Source of the DNA: Deltaproteobacteria bacterium TL4
GTDB taxonomy: Bacteria > SAR324 > NAC60-12
Length of the DNA: 45,858 bases
Assembly (NCBI GenBank): GCA_051382335.1
Contig: JBBCAX010000095.1
Span: 1-45,858 of the forward strand
Direction of reading: 5' to 3'
The notes beneath the pieces were generated by a model that was not told the DNA's origin, made no database searches, and was given only the letters and a program-made list of their open reading frames with translations. The translations under genes were made by a program, and so were the position numbers. The stretch's first letter is position 1; the number at the start of each line of letters is the position of its first letter. Positions 40,686 through 45,858 of the stretch are shown here, one piece after another.

Positions 40686-40716
40686 CCCTTTCCGTTAATT
40701 AAAAAGGGAAAAGGGG
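40686..40716 (-). terminator. Hairpin after the middle flagellin, possible terminator
   Basis: CCCCTTTCC...GGGAAAAGGGG imperfect stem about 30 bp past the stop. Confidence 0.45.
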
Positions 40717-40745
40717 GTCTCTGACCTTGATGACAAAGTCTGAGT

Positions 40746-42203
40746 TTAATAATTAAGCAACCGCAATACATTCTGCGGCAAAGCATTCGCCTGAGCTAAC
40801 TGCGCGGTTGCCGATTGATTTAAGATCTGAAGTTTTGTTAAATTGGTCAATTCCTCAGCCATATCCACATCACGGATACTCGATTCAGCCGCAGATAAAT
40901 TTTCAGAAGCAATTCTTAAACTGGACAAGTTGCTTTCCAAGGTGTTTTTCTGGAAGGCTCCAAGGGATCCCCGATTAGCGGCCAATTCTTCAATGGCACG
41001 ATCCACTAATCTAATGGAATCTTGAGCTCCCTGGCCACTACGGACGTCAATGTCAGCTAACGCGTTAAATCCGCTTTCATTTTTGACCCTCCGTCCCATT
41101 TGAGTCGAACTGGTATCCAATAAGTTGACCGCGACTAATTGTCCTTCATTCGCGCCCACTTGGAAACGTAAGCCATTCTGAGAAACATGAACTTTACCAA
41201 CAGCGGTACCATTAGTTGAATCGATGGGAATCTCCTCATTTCCACTATAACGAATACTGAGTCCATCAGTGGTCTGGTTACCCCGTCTTCCCGTCAATAA
41301 TTGACCATCACCTTCAGCACTTTCACCGTTAAGGGTTCCTTGAATATCGACTCCATTGTTAACATTAAATTCCATGTTGCCTTGCGCACTCAACACTCCT
41401 GCGGTCGTACTCCGAACCTGGAAGTTATGTTTGGAACCATACTCATTATGAGCAATAATAATCCGACCATCCTCGGTGCCCTGAATATCAACATTAATCC
41501 CCGCACGATTGGCTGCCGCCGCAAAGGCGCTGATGGCACCTGCTACCGTATCGGACTCAGAAGTGGTATAAGAAGCTTCTTTTCCCCCCTCACCGATGGT
41601 CAATTTTTCACCGGCCATTACCATTTCCTTGGTAAGTGGCGCTGTACTGGCGATGGCCGATTTCTCACCTTTTCGGGTGATGATCACATCAAATCCCAAA
41701 TTGCCAGAGTCCTTCGTTGCCGTATTAGCGCTGACAAAGTCCAACCCCGGACCTGTCGCGTTTCCATTGGCGGACTTGCTTCCATCCAGGAGTTTTTGCC
41801 TTCCGAATTGAGTACTTTGAGCAATTCGATCAATGGCAGCCAGGGCATTTTCAATTTCTGATTGATCCGCATCCAGCATGGCGTCATCATTGATGCCTTC
41901 GTTTGCCGCATGAATCGCTCTTTGACGAACATCAATGAGAAGCCGACTGACTTCCGTTAACGCGCCCTCTGCAGTTTGTACTAACGAAACGGCGGATTCG
42001 TTGTTATTGATGGCTTCGTTTAGCCCTGAAATCTGGGCCCGCATATTTTCGGAAATCACTAGAGAGGCAGGACCATCCGCACCTGCGTTGATCTTCATTC
42101 CAGAAGATAATCTTTCCAGTGATTTTCCAAGTTTTGTGTCATTGGTTACTAGATTGCGATGGGCTCTCATAGCCTCCACATTCTTATTGATTCGCAATGC
42201 CAT
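40746..42203 (-). CDS. fliC: Flagellin
   Basis: MALRIN.N, SLERLSSGMKIN, QTAEGAL, FQVGAN, AESSIRDVDMA, AQANALPQNVLRLL. Confidence 0.98.
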   Translation of the reverse strand: MALRINKNVEAMRAHRNLVTNDTKLGKSLERLSSGMKINAGADGPASLVISENMRAQISGLNEAINNNESAVSLVQTAEGALTEVSRLLIDVRQRAIHAANEGINDDAMLDADQSEIENALAAIDRIAQSTQFGRQKLLDGSKSANGNATGPGLDFVSANTATKDSGNLGFDVIITRKGEKSAIASTAPLTKEMVMAGEKLTIGEGGKEASYTTSESDTVAGAISAFAAAANRAGINVDIQGTEDGRIIIAHNEYGSKHNFQVRSTTAGVLSAQGNMEFNVNNGVDIQGTLNGESAEGDGQLLTGRRGNQTTDGLSIRYSGNEEIPIDSTNGTAVGKVHVSQNGLRFQVGANEGQLVAVNLLDTSSTQMGRRVKNESGFNALADIDVRSGQGAQDSIRLVDRAIEELAANRGSLGAFQKNTLESNLSSLRIASENLSAAESSIRDVDMAEELTNLTKLQILNQSATAQLAQANALPQNVLRLLNY

Positions 42204-42290
42204 ATAAACCTCCTTGTGTGATTTAAAGCCAATCTGGCTTAATAACGTCCTCTTGGAATTTCAGTTTCCTATCCATAGAAAACCATGAAA
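42204..42290 (-). promoter_or_regulatory. Flagellin 5' leader with three GGA motifs (candidate CsrA sites)
   Basis: ATGGAT in a hairpin loop, TTCCAAGAGGACG, and ACAAGGAGG SD; same arrangement upstream of 44410. Confidence 0.6.
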
Positions 42291-42321
42291 AAACAGTAAG
42301 TCTGCGTCTTAAATAATATTC

Positions 42322-42703
42322 GGCTACCCACTTAAGCCCCATGAGACAAGTCTCACAACGAAGCCTGAAAGTAATTGGTAGGCCGGGATTACATGCCCGG
42401 CAAAGTGAGGGGCACGTAGTCCCCTTCTACCACTTTCTTACAAAACCCCCATGAGACAAGTCTCACAACGAAGCCTGAAAGTAATTGGTAGGCCGGGATT
42501 ACATGCCCGGCAAAGTGAGGGGCACGTAGTCCCCTTCTACCACTTTCTTACAAAACCACCATGAGACAAGTCTCACAACGAAGCCTGAAATTAATTGGTA
42601 GGCCGGGATTACATGCCCGGCAAAGTGAGGGGCACGTAGTCCCCTTCTACCACTTTCTTACAAAAACCCCGAACACCTATGGTTTTCGCCTGAGTGAATA
42701 GCC
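42322..42703. mobile_element. Shell-A-like element containing a 3 x 110 bp tandem array of REP doublets
   Basis: GGCTACCCACTTAAG left end, CTGAGTGAATAGCC right end; ATGAGACAAG at 42341, 42451 and 42561; no target duplication seen. Confidence 0.85.
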
Positions 42704-42881
42704 CCTGTAAAAAAAAAGCCTTTCAAAAATACCCGAAACATGGGCGTTAAGGACCGTCCGATTTTAGTCCAGTAATCAATCGCTGGGCTAAAATCTGAAA
42801 CTCCTCCCAAGGTTAAAAAGGTATTCCCCAATTGCCGTATGCGCCCGTGTCCCCTTTTCGTAAAAAGAGGGCTGTTATGAA

Positions 42882-42909
42882 GGACAGCAGGAAAATATTC
42901 CTGCTGTCC
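42882..42909 (-). terminator. Hairpin downstream of the distal flagellin, probable terminator
   Basis: GGACAGCAGGAA-AATA-TTCCTGCTGTCC perfect 12-bp stem about 45 bp past the stop; weak U-tract. Confidence 0.6.
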
Positions 42910-42955
42910 GCTACCAAGCTTGTTTAAAGAGACAACCTAGAGCGCAATAGCGTTG

Positions 42956-44410
42956 TTAATTGAGTAATCGCAACACATTTTGTGGTAAGGCGTTGGCTTG
43001 AGCTAGTTGAGCGGTCGCCGCCTGATTCAAAATCTGATGTTTTGTGAAGTTGGTCAGTTCTTGAGCCATATCCACATCACGGATGCTCGACTCTGCCGCA
43101 GATAAATTCTCAGAAGAAACTCTCAAGCTTGAGAGGTTACTTTCCAGCGTGTTTTTCTGGAATGCGCCTAAAGCCCCTCGGTTAGAAGAAAGTTCTTCAA
43201 TGGCTCTATCAACGATACGAATCGCGTCTTGAGCGCCTTGACCTGTGCTCACATCAATATCTGCCAATGAGTTAAAGCCACTGACATTCTCAACTCTGCG
43301 AGCCATCTGCGTGGAACTGGTATCCAGTAAATTAACCGAGACAATTTGTCCCTCATTGGCGCCAACATGGAATTTTAACGCATTTTGAGTGACGTTCACT
43401 CGCCCAACACTGGTTCCAACTTCAGGATCAATGGACACCTCTGGATTTCCATTAAAACGGACGTTTAAACCGTCAGTCGTTTGGTTTCCTCGTCGTCCTG
43501 TCAAGATTTGACCATCGCCTTCAGCACTCTCATTGTTGATAGTTCCTTCAATATCAATCCCATTATTGACATTGATCTCCATGTTGGCCACATCACTCAA
43601 GACTCCAGCGGTGGAACTTCGAACTTCAAAAGTATGCTTGGAACCATATTCCTCATGATTAATCATAATTTTTCCGTCAGCAGATCCCTTGATCGCAACT
43701 TTAAGTCCTGCTCTTTTAGCGGCAGCGGCAAAAGCGCCAATCGCCCCTTCAACGGTATCAGTCTCGGATGTCGTATAGGTCGCTTCTTTTCCACCTTCAC
43801 GAACAGTCAAAGACTCACCGGCTTTAATCATCTCCGCGGTCAGTTGACCTGAATTGACAAAGGAAGCTTGTTTTCCTTCCTTCTTAATTTTTATGTCATA
43901 GCCCTCGGAGCCAGAATTCATTGTCGCCGTATTCGCACTAACAAAGGCGAGTCCTGTCCCTGTCGCATTTCCACTTGCGGACTTGCTGCCATCCAAAAGC
44001 TTTTGTTTGCCGAATTGAGTGCTTTGGGCAATACGATCAATAGCGGATAGTGCATTTTCAATTTCCGATTGATCGGCTTCCAGCATTGCGTCGTCGTTGA
44101 TGCCTTCGTTCGCCGCGTGAATCGCTCGTTGACGGACGTCAATCAGAAGTCGACTTACTTCCGTTAAGGCACCTTCTGCCGTTTGGACTAAGGACACTGC
44201 GGATTCGTTGTTATTGATTGCTTGATTTAAACCAGAAATCTGTGCCCGCATATTCTCAGAAATGACTAAAGACGCGGGTCCATCAGCCGCGGTGTTGATC
44301 TTCAACCCTGAGGATAATCGTTCTAACGATTTCCCAAGTTGCTGATCATTTGTTACCAAGCTGCGATGCGCTCTAACAGATTCCATATTTTTATTAATTC
44401 GCATTCCCAT
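42956..44410 (-). CDS. fliC: Flagellin
   Basis: MGMRIN.N, SLERLSSGLKIN, QTAEGAL, FHVGAN, AESSIRDVDMA; close paralogue of 40746-42203. Confidence 0.98.
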   Translation of the reverse strand: MGMRINKNMESVRAHRSLVTNDQQLGKSLERLSSGLKINTAADGPASLVISENMRAQISGLNQAINNNESAVSLVQTAEGALTEVSRLLIDVRQRAIHAANEGINDDAMLEADQSEIENALSAIDRIAQSTQFGKQKLLDGSKSASGNATGTGLAFVSANTATMNSGSEGYDIKIKKEGKQASFVNSGQLTAEMIKAGESLTVREGGKEATYTTSETDTVEGAIGAFAAAAKRAGLKVAIKGSADGKIMINHEEYGSKHTFEVRSSTAGVLSDVANMEINVNNGIDIEGTINNESAEGDGQILTGRRGNQTTDGLNVRFNGNPEVSIDPEVGTSVGRVNVTQNALKFHVGANEGQIVSVNLLDTSSTQMARRVENVSGFNSLADIDVSTGQGAQDAIRIVDRAIEELSSNRGALGAFQKNTLESNLSSLRVSSENLSAAESSIRDVDMAQELTNFTKHQILNQAATAQLAQANALPQNVLRLLN

Positions 44411-44500
44411 GATTACCTCCTTGTAAATAATATTAGGTCAAAACGACCCTGCGTCCTCTTGGAAATTTACAGCATTCAAATCCATGTAATGCCAAGTATT
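44411..44500 (-). promoter_or_regulatory. Flagellin 5' leader with three GGA motifs (candidate CsrA sites)
   Basis: GCATT-ACATGGATTTG-AATGC hairpin, TTCCAAGAGGACG, ACAAGGAGG SD. Confidence 0.6.
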
Positions 44501-44545
44501 TTGTGCTGTTTCGCACAATAAACAGAGTAATGCCCCTTGTTTTCT

Positions 44546-44679
44546 GGGTATCCACCTAAGCAGGAATTGCAGATCAAGCCCCAGTCCTGCCCGATAAAAA
44601 CGCAGTACCCGGAGTTTTGGATCCATCGTAAGTTTCTCAATCCAACCTCTTTTTCTGTTCCTCACTTAGGTGACGACCC
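44546..44679. mobile_element. Degenerate shell-A-like element
   Basis: GGGTATCCACCTAAG ... CTTAGGTGACGACCC imperfect TIR pair; no TSD. Confidence 0.4.
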
Positions 44680-44692
44680 CGTATGGGGTGGT

Positions 44693-44841
44693 GGCTACTC
44701 ACTTAAGCCGGGACAGCTATTCAAAGTAGGAGGTGTTAGCCGTTAGACATAACGCATCAATAAACCCGTATCTGCCTGATGCGTTACGCTCGCAAGCTCG
44801 CTAACACATCCTACCCTGTGTCCCGGCTTAAGTGGGTAGCC
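44693..44841. mobile_element. MITE, shell family A, with a different GTAG REP doublet and 8-bp target duplication
   Basis: GGCTACTCACTTAAGCCGGGACA / TGTCCCGGCTTAAGTGGGTAGCC; GGGGTGGT on both flanks; cargo GTAGGAGGTGTTAGC..TAACGCATC / GATGCGTTA..GCTAACACATCCTAC. Confidence 0.9.
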
Positions 44842-44880
44842 GGGGTGGTTACCCATTCAAGGAGGAAAAAAATTGATAAT

Positions 44881-44982
44881 ATAGCTGTCCAGGAAAGTTT
44901 TGTCCTGGGAGCGCGGGCATCTTGCTCGCAAAAGCGGGCGGGACGCCCGCGCTCCCAGAATAAAACTTATCTTGAGCACTAT
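44881..44982. mobile_element. MITE-like element, shell family E
   Basis: ATAGCTGTCCAGGAAAGTTTT / AAAACTTATCTTGAGCACTAT around CTGGGAGCGCGGGC...GCCCGCGCTCCCAG. Confidence 0.78.
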
Positions 44983-45015
44983 CTATAACTACACCCTTTC
45001 AGGGCTCAAACTGAG

Positions 45016-45139
45016 GGCTACTCACTTAACCCGGGATACCTCGATGGTAGGCCGGAACTACGTGTCCGGCAACCTCAACGCTCAGAAAAGCGGGGCATGT
45101 AATCCCCGCCTACCAATGTCCCACTTTAAGTGGGTAGCC
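45016..45139. mobile_element. MITE, shell family A, inverse copy of 32658-32780, 7-bp target duplication
   Basis: GGCTACTCACTTAA...TTAAGTGGGTAGCC flanked by AACTGAG on both sides. Confidence 0.9.
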
Positions 45140-45406
45140 AACTGAGAAAATGCTGATATTGTATAACATACTGAAATTTATAATAAACACGATTACATTC
45201 ACGGGTATTGGGCTTAAGGGAGTAGCCACATATAGGTATTGCCCCAAGGCTCCCAACCTCAAACCCATTTCCGGACAGCTCTCTCTAGCCATTCATCCAA
45301 ACAACGGCACCCTAAAAAAACGGTAGCCTCGGGTTTCATCCCGAAAAACAAGGACAGAAGTCCACTGAAACGGACTTCAGGGTTGGGAGGATGAAAACAA
45401 GGGTCA

Positions 45407-45538
45407 ACTAGTACACTGTCAGCCTTTAAATTTGTGGTAGCTCGGGACTACGTGCCCGATAAAAACAACGTTCGCAAAAGCTGGGCATGTAATCCCAGCC
45501 TACCGAACCCGAAAAATAAAAGCTGACTATGTACTAGT
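45407..45538. mobile_element. MITE-like element, shell family B (CTAG-bounded), carrying the same REP doublet type as shell A
   Basis: ACTAGTACACTGTCAGC / GCTGACTATGTACTAGT ends; GGTAGCTCGGGACTACGTGCCCGA...GCTGGGCATGTAATCCCAGCCTACC. Confidence 0.82.
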
Positions 45539-45571
45539 GTTCTTAAATTGTTCCTATTTTACTCCTTGGAT

Positions 45572-45655
45572 TTCGTGTTCGTGTTCGTGTTCGTGAACGA
45601 ATGAAAGGGTTCGAGCACGAGCACATTTACGAGCACGGAGACAAAAACGAGAACA
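45572..45655. repeat. Hexamer-based inverted repeat: (TTCGTG)4 facing (CGAGCA)n-like units
   Basis: ttcgtgttcgtgttcgtgttcgtg ... cgagcacgagcac..acgagcacg..acgagaac. Confidence 0.75.
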
Positions 45656-45858
45656 CTGCTTTTGGAAAAAAATAATTATCTTTCAAGTGTATTTTCATCA
45701 TCCCACCCCAAGGCTATGCCCTGGAATTTTGCGACCTGTGCAGGTAGGTGTAAGGTATTAGCATTTAGCTTTTAGCCTGTTGGAAATGATGTGTTTTCAT
45801 CATCCTTTTGCGCTCACGAACTCATGTTTTTGTGACCAAAACAAAAAATACATGCATG

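Noticed and set aside
42337..42670. CRISPR array
   Set aside because: Units are 110 bp and essentially identical throughout, with no unique spacers and no cas genes in the window
39664..44142. Antisense and alternate-frame ORFs within the flagellins (e.g. 41301-41861, 43481-43852)
   Set aside because: Fully overlap confident flagellin genes; similar shadows recur in the paralogues as expected from codon structure
40746..44410. Invertible flagellin phase-variation switch
   Set aside because: All three flagellins are co-oriented and no recombinase or hix-like inverted sites were recognised
44339..45292. Short ORFs of 60-81 aa in the repeat cluster, and 20492-20761
   Set aside because: They run through palindromic non-coding elements and lack RBSs or protein-like motifs

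Overview
Chromosomal window from a mid-GC, flagellated Gram-negative bacterium; gene content and order suggest a deltaproteobacterial/SAR324-like lineage (inference). Left to right: a giant lipoprotein of 451-aa tandem beta-helix modules that runs off the left edge and is absent from the ORF track; a cNMP-REC-GGDEF protein divergent from a very atypical 1308-aa class I adenylate cyclase-like nucleotidyltransferase; ftsH-cdaA-cdaR-pdxJ-rng-IMP cyclohydrolase-like; a hybrid sensor kinase/PP2C; a probable pseudokinase; an Fe-S protein; tRNA-Leu(GAG); an active/inactive Deg protease pair with a prenyl synthase; uppP; a USP; a TPAT-type TRAP operon; mnmE; and three flagellins. Two things stand out. 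First, the intergenic DNA holds a modular set of small non-coding elements in which IS-like terminal-inverted-repeat shells (three with 7-8 bp target duplications) enclose interchangeable REP-like hairpin doublets. These include one nested copy and a 3 x 110 bp amplification upstream of a flagellin. Second, putative cAMP, c-di-GMP and c-di-AMP enzymes cluster within about 10 kb. No CRISPR array, transposase, prophage or rRNA was seen. All family assignments are from motif recognition by eye, not database searches.
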